Below, piece after piece: positions 20,759 to 29,767 of a stretch of DNA of 44,686 nt. Position numbers and translations under genes: made by a program. How positions within the stretch are numbered: the stretch's first letter is position 1; each line of letters starts with the position of its first letter. The DNA is from an uncultured Methanosarcinales archaeon. GTDB taxonomy: Archaea; Nanobdellota; Nanobdellia; Woesearchaeales; CAZYIM01. The DNA lies in NCBI GenBank assembly GCA_964647565.1, contig CAZYIM010000022.1, positions 1-44,686 on the forward strand, in the 5' to 3' direction. The notes below the pieces were generated by a model, which saw only the letters and a list, made by a program, of their open reading frames with translations, ran no database searches and was not told the DNA's origin.

Positions 20759-21600
20759 ACATCTTCTAAACTAGCTGAAAAAGGGCCTTTTTTCTCAATG
20801 CTGATCGTTGCGACCATAGCGGCAAATTCACCCCATTTTAAAGGTTCATCAAAGAGTTCTGTTGCTCGAATAAAACCAGCCATATAACAATCTCCGGACC
20901 CTGTAGGATCTGTCAATTGCTTAGGTGGGAATGCAGGAATATTAAATTCTTGTTCCTCAATAAAGATTGTTGAGCCATTAGAGCCTTTTGTCACAACAAT
21001 GTTCTTAATATGCTTCTGAAGTGATTTGACAGCGTCTTGAACACTATTTTTACCAGAAACAAACTTGATCTCTTCTTCATCAAGGAAAAGGTAGTCAAGA
21101 TGCTCTAACACTTCGATAAGTTTCTCAGGATGCTTTTTTACCATCTTTTGGCCTTCTGAATAGGTGAACATGCCAAAGTTGCCTAAGAAAAGAGTCTTAT
21201 GCGATAGATGCTCAAAGAGTTCTTTTGTGGTGTTGCCATGGAAAAGCGGACCAAAGATGATATAATCTGCAGTCTCGAGTTTGTTTTCTACATGTTCTGG
21301 ATTGATTGAATTAGTTACAAAAGTCGAGGTATGATCCCTCATATCAGGATTCCTACTGGCATATTTGCATATAAATTTTAATGTTCCATCTGCAGGCACA
21401 TGTACTACCTCCATATCTGGAAAACTGCTCTTTGCCCACTTTTCATCTTCTTTTGCACAGCTGACAACCACAGTAACTTTCACACCAAGAGCTTTCAATG
21501 TATTGCCAATATAGAATGGGATGCCGCCTGGCTGGCTATGGACCTTATCATCGATTATGACTTCGTCCTTCACAACAGGGCCTATGACTGCGATATGCAT
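20728..21600 (-). CDS. PfkB/ribokinase-family carbohydrate kinase
   Basis: VIGPVVKD, PGG, VVTKGSNGS, and the DPTGSGDCYMAGF signature. Confidence 0.92.
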   Translation of the reverse strand: MHIAVIGPVVKDEVIIDDKVHSQPGGIPFYIGNTLKALGVKVTVVVSCAKEDEKWAKSSFPDMEVVHVPADGTLKFICKYASRNPDMRDHTSTFVTNSINPEHVENKLETADYIIFGPLFHGNTTKELFEHLSHKTLFLGNFGMFTYSEGQKMVKKHPEKLIEVLEHLDYLFLDEEEIKFVSGKNSVQDAVKSLQKHIKNIVVTKGSNGSTIFIEEQEFNIPAFPPKQLTDPTGSGDCYMAGFIRATELFDEPLKWGEFAAMVATISIEKKGPFSASLEDVYNRLGWTKL

Positions 21601-21783
21601 AGAAACAGAATGATTGAATTGATATAAATAGTTTATGATACTAGTTAGATTAGATGAATCCTATAAAAAAACATTCATTCTTGGCACAGACGTCCTCCTT
21701 TCAGGAGTACTACTCGGCTACTGCCTCGCCTGGCCATGAATGTTTATTTTATTGATAATCAAAGTTCAGAAAAAAGAATCATA

Positions 21784-21987
21784 AAGCCTCCGGCGAGAAT
21801 TGAACGTTCAAAACTTGTTTTTGAACTTCAGCATGACCAAAGGGAATGCTGTAATCGCGAAGCGAGTTAATTCTAAGCCTCCGGCGAGAATTGAACGTTC
21901 AAAACTTGTTTTTGAACTTCAGCATGACCAAAGGGAATGCTGTAATCGCGAAGCGAGTTAATTCTAAGCCTCCGGCGAGAATTGAAC
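21784..21987 (-). repeat. Tandem 91-bp direct repeats, each ending in the 22-nt 3' end of tRNA-Thr
   Basis: AAGCCTCCGGCGAGAATTGAAC at 21784, 21875 and 21966 (period 91); the two 69-nt spacers are identical. Confidence 0.95.
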
Positions 21988-22050
21988 TCGCGACCTCGTG
22001 CTTTTTGTTTTTAATACCAAGCACGCGCTCTACCGCTGAGCTACGGAGGC
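21967..22050 (-). tRNA. tRNA-Thr(GGT) with 12-nt intron at 37/38
   Basis: Acceptor GCCTCCG/CGGAGGC; anticodon stem CGTGC/GCACG; loop TT-GGT-A; intron 22003-22014; T-arm GCGAG-TTCAATT-CTCGC; no encoded CCA. Confidence 0.92.
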
Positions 22051-22125
22051 TTAGTAGAAAAAGATTAAGCTGGTGTTTTTAAAGATTTCTCTAAAAATTA
22101 AAAAAAAAATAAAAAATTAAAAAGT

Positions 22126-22698
22126 TTAGACGCATGCTCCATTGACACAGGTCTGAGACATATTAGCCATACATTCCACTGTGGAATTCGCAGGATTGAC
22201 TCCGCTGCACCAATATTCAACAACATTCATTGAATCCAGGCAAAAATCTGTATTTGAATATGGAGCATTGTCATCATATCCAGAAATAGTACCCTGGGTA
22301 TTAGGGTTCCATCCATCAGTATCAGAACATGAATCACAAATTCCACAATCAGCTACACAAGCATCACAGGCTTCAGTTCCTTCACAGACACCATCACCGC
22401 AATCACTCTCATCGTTATCTGTTGGGCTTGAACAGCCATTGTCATTGTAATCAATTGCACTGTCTCCATCATTGTCTGCGCCGTCGTCGCACTCAACATT
22501 AGGGTCAAGTTCACTATTATCCCTTTTATTTGCACAACCCGGATCATTCAGATCTATATATCCGTCACCATCATTATCAATCCCATCGTTGCATGCCTTT
22601 CTCGCTTTTCCACCTGGTTTTGCAAAAGCCAAGCCTATCACTAAAATAGCTACGAGAACAACTGCAGTCATTAAAGCTATCTTTCCTTTTTTATCCAT
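22126..22698 (-). CDS. Secreted Cys-rich protein with CxDGxDNDGDGxID Ca-binding-type repeats
   Basis: Signal peptide; two CNDGIDNDGDGYID-like repeats; CGDGVC and DTDG modules; GAGGTG RBS. Confidence 0.85.
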   Translation of the reverse strand: MDKKGKIALMTAVVLVAILVIGLAFAKPGGKARKACNDGIDNDGDGYIDLNDPGCANKRDNSELDPNVECDDGADNDGDSAIDYNDNGCSSPTDNDESDCGDGVCEGTEACDACVADCGICDSCSDTDGWNPNTQGTISGYDDNAPYSNTDFCLDSMNVVEYWCSGVNPANSTVECMANMSQTCVNGACV

Positions 22699-22840
22699 AT
22701 TAACACCTCACTGTGTTTTTATCGAGAATCTGTTTTCTTGGTTATTAATAATTGTTATATTCATTAATATTAATCAATATGATTAAACAACAAACCTCAA
22801 TAAAATAAACTATTTAAATTTTGGAAAATTCCCTTTTATA

Positions 22841-24298
22841 ATGCCATTTGTCACAAAGGAAAAAGTGTATAAAACCAAGCGGGAAAACCTGGATAAATTA
22901 ATCAACAAAATCTTGAATTTTGTAATGGGATCCATGGAAAGTAAAAATTATGATTGTAAATTGTCTGTTCTTTCGAACAGCAGAAATCCAGACAAAGAGT
23001 ATGCGATCCTGGGCGGATTACAAAATTTTTTAATTCTATATACAACTAATTATAAAAAAGTTATAGAGCATGACGGTTTCCTACATAATTATAATAAAAA
23101 TTTCTTTAAATTATCTCCCAATATCATTTTTTTGGACCAAAAGAACTCTTCTGATATTGATATCAAAATTAAAGGCAATATGGCAGTTCCATTTTATCAT
23201 TTAACACTTGAAAGAATAATCCTGGACTATGCTGTTGATACCAAATTCGATCCTATTATAAAAAGACTTCTCATGGTTGATTATCCATGGCAGGAATCTA
23301 AAAAACTTGGACACTTGTTATTGCGGATTGAGGAAACCTTATCTTTTTATAATGAGTTAACAAATCATGGCATCACTTTTTGTTCCCAACTTAAAGAGAA
23401 CAATAAAGACATAACTGTCTGGTTTAAGTTCAACAATGAGGCAGGTGCATTAAAAAAAGAAGCCCAATATATGCTTGATAGTTGGAAAGAACCCTTATTG
23501 ATGCCGATCACATTGAAACTTTTTGACTTTATTGAAAAAGATGGCTTTCAAACTCTACTCAGCTATGATTCCAAGACACCTGGATTAGTTCCAGAAGAAA
23601 TCATGACTGATTATAAACAGTTTAGGGAAGAGGTATTTAATGATGTTCAAAAGAATATGCAGTTGGAAATTGACGATAAAAAAAACATAGATCTTTTCAA
23701 TAGGGTGCTGGCCCATACGCTGATGAGGAAGTATGCTGAGAATAGTGCATATCAAAACGGACAAAGACCACTCATAATGCCCTTTAAAGATCTGCTTAAA
23801 CGTGCATCAAAAAAATCAGGACAAAAAGATAAAGCACTCGATTATTTAAGAAAAGAAGAGAAACATTATATTGATGCTGAAAGACAGTTTAATAAACTAA
23901 AGCCTTGTGGAACCAAGACCATTGTTCATTTCGACAACAAAGAAGGTAATGTTTTCAAGACTCCTGAAGGAGACTTGAGATTGATTGGTGATTATTCCAG
24001 TGCTATGCCAGGCTACCCGGAATATGATCTTGCCAGGCTTGAAACCGGCCACAATCATGACTTTGTTCAGGGATATTTTCAATTGTGCAACACAGTTGAA
24101 GACATGCTAGAGTTATCAAGCAGCCTAAATTCAAATGAAATGCATAATATGATTAAAAGAGTGAAGCTATTGAGCTATCTCACAACTGTAAGAACGATTT
24201 CATCAGAATATTCAAGAAATGCACCAACAACTAAAATAAGAAAATATGAGGCGCTGATAAAAAGCAATCGCAACCATCTTCAGGATTTGCTCAGATAA
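22841..24298 (+). CDS. APH/choline-kinase-like phosphotransferase
   Basis: C-terminal VHFDNKEGNV (HxDxxxxN) and LIGDY...YDLARL motifs. Confidence 0.7.
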   Translation: MPFVTKEKVYKTKRENLDKLINKILNFVMGSMESKNYDCKLSVLSNSRNPDKEYAILGGLQNFLILYTTNYKKVIEHDGFLHNYNKNFFKLSPNIIFLDQKNSSDIDIKIKGNMAVPFYHLTLERIILDYAVDTKFDPIIKRLLMVDYPWQESKKLGHLLLRIEETLSFYNELTNHGITFCSQLKENNKDITVWFKFNNEAGALKKEAQYMLDSWKEPLLMPITLKLFDFIEKDGFQTLLSYDSKTPGLVPEEIMTDYKQFREEVFNDVQKNMQLEIDDKKNIDLFNRVLAHTLMRKYAENSAYQNGQRPLIMPFKDLLKRASKKSGQKDKALDYLRKEEKHYIDAERQFNKLKPCGTKTIVHFDNKEGNVFKTPEGDLRLIGDYSSAMPGYPEYDLARLETGHNHDFVQGYFQLCNTVEDMLELSSSLNSNEMHNMIKRVKLLSYLTTVRTISSEYSRNAPTTKIRKYEALIKSNRNHLQDLLR

Positions 24299-25146
24299 CC
24301 GATCAATGGACTACATCCAAGGTAAATAGTCCTGGTCAGAATGTTTAAATGATAGTTTATTTCAGGGCTAAATTTCTCAGGGATTGATTTATCTTTCTGG
24401 ATGGCCCAATATATTTCATGGACCTTATGTAGGTTAATTAGATCATTTTTCAGATATGTTTGTTTTGTAATCTCTATCATTTCATTTAGCTTTTTTAGGA
24501 TCATACCCAATTTCTTCTTATCCAGGTTTTTTTCTTGGTTAAGTTGTTTCTTGAAATGAAATGCTGTACGGGCTATATGGGACATATTTGATAAAAACTG
24601 CCAAATTAGAGGCTGGCTGTTTGGCTTGAAAACCTTTTTTGAAAGGCATCGTTTAAGAAAATTATCGTATTTTTGTATTTTATGAACGTCTTGTTCAATC
24701 TCTTTATCCAGGATATTCTCAAGTATTTGTGACATTATGAAAAAAAGCCTTTGTATAATAGACTCACATTTTTCAAAACTGGGCTCACTGATAGATTCAA
24801 TAATGTAATTAGAGGAATCTATTTTGTTTATCTCAAAACCAATCAGGAAAGTTTCTACGACATTATTGATTATTGATTCAGGACCTAAATAATTGACAGA
24901 TATGCTGTCATAACCCACTCTATATGTATTTAGAATATAAGTCCGAACATAGCTTTCTTCAGTATCAGGAATTTCTATTGAAATTTTCTTTTTTTTATGC
25001 GGTTCATTGATAGTTAATACTAGGTTATCCTGGCCACCTTCTATATCAAGTTCATCACCAGGTTTTAACTCATTTTTTCTAATCCATTCTATGGGTAAAG
25101 AAATAGTCCTGCCCCCACCACCTTGGGCTATGATCTTGCGCCTCAC
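24280..25146 (-). CDS. AbrB/MazE-domain phosphate-uptake regulator (PhoU-like)
   Basis: RKIIAQGGGGRTISLPIEWIRKNELKPGDEL AbrB domain; YRVGYDSI and GFEI motifs of archaeal AbrB-PhoU proteins. Confidence 0.8.
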   Translation of the reverse strand: MRRKIIAQGGGGRTISLPIEWIRKNELKPGDELDIEGGQDNLVLTINEPHKKKKISIEIPDTEESYVRTYILNTYRVGYDSISVNYLGPESIINNVVETFLIGFEINKIDSSNYIIESISEPSFEKCESIIQRLFFIMSQILENILDKEIEQDVHKIQKYDNFLKRCLSKKVFKPNSQPLIWQFLSNMSHIARTAFHFKKQLNQEKNLDKKKLGMILKKLNEMIEITKQTYLKNDLINLHKVHEIYWAIQKDKSIPEKFSPEINYHLNILTRTIYLGCSPLIGYLSKS

Positions 25147-25207
25147 AGAATATCGAATAATTTCAAATAATATAAATCTGTCGTTTTAATATTAGTTATA
25201 TTAATTA

Positions 25208-25597
25208 CTATTTGGTTGTTATTTCGTGTCGTTTCCTACAATCTCTGTTATTAAATCCTTCAGGATATCTGTTATATATAACCTGGTAATTATCCCCAAA
25301 TTCACAATAGTTGAACCTATCCCTCTTACCTATTCTTGCTTCAGTAAGTATTACCTTCACAAGGCCTAAATGATTCTGATCAAAGAAGTTGATAAACCAA
25401 TCAGGTTGCGCTTCCATAGAAGATAGTTCTCCACCTTTATTGTCATCAGTCCAATAGTGCTTCAATAAGCCTTTTCCTCGCACCATATAATAAATTATGT
25501 GCTGACGATCGAGCACTTTCTGGAAGGTCACCAGATACTCCAAATCTCCTTTTAAAAGCTCATTGATCTGTTCACATAATCGATCCCTGCAATCCAT
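25208..25597 (-). CDS. Hypothetical protein
   Basis: 129-aa ATG ORF filling the gap between neighbouring genes. Confidence 0.55.
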   Translation of the reverse strand: MDCRDRLCEQINELLKGDLEYLVTFQKVLDRQHIIYYMVRGKGLLKHYWTDDNKGGELSSMEAQPDWFINFFDQNHLGLVKVILTEARIGKRDRFNYCEFGDNYQVIYNRYPEGFNNRDCRKRHEITTK

Positions 25598-25648
25598 ATT
25601 TAATAATTTATAATAACTAAACCATATTAATTTAATTTAGCACTCTCA

Positions 25649-25676
25649 AGTAGTCAATTAGCGAAAGATTTATATA
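25649..25676 (+). promoter_or_regulatory. BRE/TATA promoter with upstream AGTAGTCAA box
   Basis: AGTAGTCAATTAG-CGAAAG-ATTTATATA ~25 nt before ATG 25700. Confidence 0.6.
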
Positions 25677-25699
25677 GTGTGTTACCCATAATAACAACT

Positions 25700-26479
25700 A
25701 TGAACAAACAACCGTTAATCAGGGCGCTATTCCTCTTTTGCGAGCACGAAGGAATGGATCATGCAGATAGTGTTATTGATTTCTATGAAAGGTTTAAGCC
25801 AGATATCATCATACCTGAGCTTGCATTCCCGTTTGCTCCTGAATTCCCAGACAGACATGCGGTGAACAAAGATATACCAAAATATGTTGAGTTGTCTACA
25901 CGAGACGGACCCAAACCGTTCTTAAAGAAGATTATTGAGTATGCAACCAGGAATAATATAGAGATGAGGTGCCTTGAAGAACAGTTCAACCAGGAAGAAA
26001 AGATGACAGTCCTTAAGATTACCCAATACGATATGAGTCTACTGGACACTATCCCTGCAAAAGAAAGGCAGAAACATATAGAAGATGTCTTCCATATGGC
26101 GATGATACTTTCTCCATACAAGACTTGTGCAGACCTTTGTGCTTATTTCAACTGGGCGAGGGAGAGCAAGATCGTAGCTAATTTCTTCAGCCAGGAGTTC
26201 AAGGAACTCATTGGAGAGAAACTCGAAGCCAAGAACCAAGATGAGATCAGAATAGGCTTTACTTACGGAAACTGGCACGAGCAAATGTCTATTGATTTTG
26301 CAAAGAGGAGCAGACAAGAAAAAGGTTTTTTTGGTAATGTCGAGACCCATAAGATAATCTTCCACAACAGCAGATTATATGCAAACATGAAATTAAGGCA
26401 GCTTATTGATCTGGATTCAACTAAATCATATAGGTTCCAACACCCCTTATTGAGACAGGAAAGAATAAAGTTTTGCTGA
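25700..26479 (+). CDS. Hypothetical protein
   Basis: ~260-aa ORF; ATG positioned for leaderless translation downstream of the TATA box. Confidence 0.7.
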   Translation: MNKQPLIRALFLFCEHEGMDHADSVIDFYERFKPDIIIPELAFPFAPEFPDRHAVNKDIPKYVELSTRDGPKPFLKKIIEYATRNNIEMRCLEEQFNQEEKMTVLKITQYDMSLLDTIPAKERQKHIEDVFHMAMILSPYKTCADLCAYFNWARESKIVANFFSQEFKELIGEKLEAKNQDEIRIGFTYGNWHEQMSIDFAKRSRQEKGFFGNVETHKIIFHNSRLYANMKLRQLIDLDSTKSYRFQHPLLRQERIKFC

Positions 26480-26501
26480 ATTCTACATTTTACTACTTAT
26501 T

Positions 26502-26530
26502 AGTAGTCAAATAAACGAAAGATTTATAAA
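26502..26530 (+). promoter_or_regulatory. BRE/TATA promoter with upstream AGTAGTCAA box
   Basis: AGTAGTCAAATAAA-CGAAAG-ATTTATAAA, near-identical to 25649-25676. Confidence 0.6.
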
Positions 26531-26662
26531 GATCAAAATCAATATAATAGTATATTTGGGGAAAATCCTATTAATATTCAAAAAAAGATGCTGAAAAATT
26601 TTAAAAACAAATTTTTGGCATCCACGAAAATCACAATGTGATTTTCTTAGGAGGTGAAATTT

Positions 26663-28468
26663 ATGGAAGACCCGCTAGAAAACGTATTTAAAAAACAAAA
26701 CAAGATCGCTAAAGATCCTGAAAAAACAGTTAAGGTCAACTTGATTGATTCTTCACATAAATATAATATTCCAGGCAAATTCTTTCTGAATGCAAATGAT
26801 CAGATTGTAAATGCAGTAACCATTCTATCAAGAGGATATCAGCTCTTAAAAAACAATGGCACAAGCAAATTAGGCCATAATATAACACATGTTGCTATGA
26901 AGAGCATGATTGCACAGTATAAAAATGCCCAAAATGAAGCCAGCAAGGCATTCGAAGGGGAGTTGTTGGATATTACAAAAATGACTTCTGAAGAAACTCT
27001 GCCTAAATTTAACTTCTCAGAAATACAATCCTTTGCAGATGGCAATCTAGTAAGACAATACCTGTCAGATCTTGATGTTAAACGCCAAAAAGACAGGCAA
27101 CCATACGATAACTCTTTTACAAAGACTCAAACAATGATAGAGGCAACTGAAAAAGCATTGGAATATGCAACCAGGACGTTTGAAAATATGGGCAATATGC
27201 CTGAGCAAACAATTAAAAATCTGCCTAAAAAAGAAAAGAAAGAATTCAGAAAAAAACAATCAGAATTAAGTGAAGAAATCAAAAAAGGAGAAAATGAACG
27301 CGAAAAACTCCTTAAAAACAAGGAAATCTTTAGTAAAAACGTCGCTGAATTTGACGCCTTAAGGACGCCTTCAGAACAAGAGACCGCCGAACACTTCTAT
27401 ACACCACTTCTTGATGTCCAGGGGGACAGACAGGCTGCTCAAGAGCTTGTAAGGGCGAAGCTTAAGGGTAAGTTCAATGGATTTGATCTAGAGGGTTATA
27501 ACTATGCAAGGCTTCAGCTTGCAAAAGCAGTGCCTGAAATTGTAAAAGGAGGAAGCAGATTAGACCTTCTTAAGGTTACAGATCTCCTAGGCAGAAAGCA
27601 AAAGAGCTATGAGATCGCAACTATAATCAAGGTTCGTGATAATCAAAGGAAAAACAATGCTTTTGGACAAAATAATGGAGTTGACATGCTCCAATGGGGT
27701 AATTTCACGACTCTTATGAATATCTATAGAGCAGAATTAAAGGAAGACATGGCAAATGGTGCTCAGATAAGCCCATATACATTCAATGGACGGCCTAATA
27801 GCGTCCATGAAGCCTATGTAAAAGCAGCAGATGTTCTTACTGATATGATCAAGAGGAATATCCAGTCTGGAAACAAACAGGTTGCATCAGAGCTTATCAA
27901 TGAATTTGCCAATGATGAGGTCCTTGCAGAGGGAGTAACAGGAGCATTCAACGCTAGACAACTATATGATATGATCTGCACCTGTAAATCAACAGGTTGG
28001 GAAGATGTCGAGCTTGGAAGTGATAAGAGAGCTCAATCTGGCTGGAATGATATTGCTTCTTGTTTATTTACAATAATGGCTGAAAACTTGGATTATTATC
28101 AGGGTAATGACCGGACTACCTATTTTAGAGCTGCTAGAAATGCACTCAAGAGAGGACTTAGCCAAGTAGAGAAGGATTATCTGAGCGGCAAGGTCGATGG
28201 TGATGCATTGCCTGCTGATACATCATTGATGCAAGACCAGTATTCTGAGCCTCTTTTTAAAAAATTAGGAGCCCGTCTGGAGAAGAAAATGGCTATAATC
28301 GGCCAAGATGCATCACAGATAAAGAATGCTGAAGAAGCTGATTTTGAAGTAGTTGAAAACCATAAGCCAGAATATACTGTTGCTCAATCAACTGTAGATG
28401 ATGCTAGTGTAGCGAAGAAGAACTACGACGCGGGCTACGACAAGATCAACTGGAATAGCAGTAAATAA
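26663..28468 (+). CDS. Hypothetical helical protein (~600 aa)
   Basis: Strong RBS AGGAGGTGA before ATG 26663; central coiled coil; T-rich tract after the stop. Confidence 0.8.
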   Translation: MEDPLENVFKKQNKIAKDPEKTVKVNLIDSSHKYNIPGKFFLNANDQIVNAVTILSRGYQLLKNNGTSKLGHNITHVAMKSMIAQYKNAQNEASKAFEGELLDITKMTSEETLPKFNFSEIQSFADGNLVRQYLSDLDVKRQKDRQPYDNSFTKTQTMIEATEKALEYATRTFENMGNMPEQTIKNLPKKEKKEFRKKQSELSEEIKKGENEREKLLKNKEIFSKNVAEFDALRTPSEQETAEHFYTPLLDVQGDRQAAQELVRAKLKGKFNGFDLEGYNYARLQLAKAVPEIVKGGSRLDLLKVTDLLGRKQKSYEIATIIKVRDNQRKNNAFGQNNGVDMLQWGNFTTLMNIYRAELKEDMANGAQISPYTFNGRPNSVHEAYVKAADVLTDMIKRNIQSGNKQVASELINEFANDEVLAEGVTGAFNARQLYDMICTCKSTGWEDVELGSDKRAQSGWNDIASCLFTIMAENLDYYQGNDRTTYFRAARNALKRGLSQVEKDYLSGKVDGDALPADTSLMQDQYSEPLFKKLGARLEKKMAIIGQDASQIKNAEEADFEVVENHKPEYTVAQSTVDDASVAKKNYDAGYDKINWNSSK

Positions 28469-28546
28469 TTGTTATTATTCTTTCTTTTTTCCTTTTTTCT
28501 TCAGAACAGTAAACTTTAATAATGGTTCCTTATTTACTTTTTTAGT

Positions 28547-29347
28547 ATGAAAGACAAATGTGAAGACTATCTTAAGACTAATTTAAAGAAAAGATACGTG
28601 TTTTTCACTCCCCGGGGTAATATTTCTATTAGAAAGGCCTTAAAACTAGCTAAAAGCCTAAATAAGAGGAAGGTACTGATATCTGACCAGGGAGGTTGGA
28701 TGGTTTATCATCAAGCTGCAACTAAATTAAGATTAAAAGAGATCACTGTGAAGACAGATTATGGCCTTATGGATGTAGACGGGTTAAAAGAGCATAAGAA
28801 CTGTGTTCTAATCCACAACTCCATGCCTGCTTATTCTTATCTAGAAGATATGGGTAATATCAATAAGGTCTGCAAAAAGAACAATATATTCCTTATCAAC
28901 GATGTCTCAGGAAGTATTGGTTATGAAGAAGCACAAGTTGGAGATATAATCATTGGCAGTTTTGGAGAGAATAAGCCAGTCAATCTGGGTAAGGGGGGTT
29001 TTATTGCGACAAGCAAAAAAGAGATTGCACTGCTGCTTGAAAAAGAGATATCTGCAGCAGATCTTGATTATACTGCTTTGTTCAAAAAGCTGCGAGCTGT
29101 CAAGACAAGACACAAGTTCTTCAGAGATGTCAACAAAAAGATAAAGAGAGACATGGATGGCTTTAAGATTGTGCATCAACACAAGAAAAACGGCTTGAAT
29201 GTTATAATCAAGCACAATGATTTTGTTGAAAAAGAAGCAATCACCATGTATTGCGAATCCAATGGTTATGAATTTACAGAATGTCCTAGATATATAAGGA
29301 TCATAGAACCTGCAATAAGTATAGAGGTAAAACGATTAGAAAACTAA
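28547..29347 (+). CDS. DegT/DnrJ-like PLP-dependent aminotransferase-fold protein (short archaeal type)
   Basis: LINDVSGSIG and GSFGENKPVNLGKGGFI (SFxxxK..GG) motifs. Confidence 0.75.
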   Translation: MKDKCEDYLKTNLKKRYVFFTPRGNISIRKALKLAKSLNKRKVLISDQGGWMVYHQAATKLRLKEITVKTDYGLMDVDGLKEHKNCVLIHNSMPAYSYLEDMGNINKVCKKNNIFLINDVSGSIGYEEAQVGDIIIGSFGENKPVNLGKGGFIATSKKEIALLLEKEISAADLDYTALFKKLRAVKTRHKFFRDVNKKIKRDMDGFKIVHQHKKNGLNVIIKHNDFVEKEAITMYCESNGYEFTECPRYIRIIEPAISIEVKRLEN

Positions 29348-29365
29348 ATTCTGGAGGTGGGATGA

Positions 29366-29767
29366 ATGGTTGAGTTAAAATATCCTGAAGACATGGGAGA
29401 ACTGATTTATTTTACTAGAAGAGTGATTGGAGATGGCAAGGCAATGGCCTGGGTGTTCAAGGAGGAATGCCCAGTATGTCACAAGGCTAAGATGGGCAAG
29501 CCTGTCGAAAAAGGCAAGGTCAAGATACGGGCAACTGAATATATCTGTCCTGAATGTGGTCATTCGGTCGAGAAAGCCGAGTATGAAGATACCTTGACCG
29601 CTAATATAGATTATGTCTGCCCTAAATGCAAACATGCAGGCCAAATCCAGATCCCCTATAAAAGAAAAAGCTTTCAAGGTACAAAAGCACTGGTCTTTCA
29701 ATGTGAAAAATGTGGTGAGAAGATCCCTATCACCAAGAAGATGAAAGAGCCTAAGAAAAAGAAGTGA
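29366..29767 (+). CDS. Zinc-ribbon protein with four CxxC pairs
   Basis: CPVC, CPEC, CPKC and CEKC; GGAGGTG RBS; poly-Lys tail. Confidence 0.85.
   Translation: MVELKYPEDMGELIYFTRRVIGDGKAMAWVFKEECPVCHKAKMGKPVEKGKVKIRATEYICPECGHSVEKAEYEDTLTANIDYVCPKCKHAGQIQIPYKRKSFQGTKALVFQCEKCGEKIPITKKMKEPKKKK

Noticed and set aside
21784..21987. CRISPR array
   Set aside because: Spacers are identical and 69 nt long, the repeat is a tRNA 3' end, and no cas genes are nearby.
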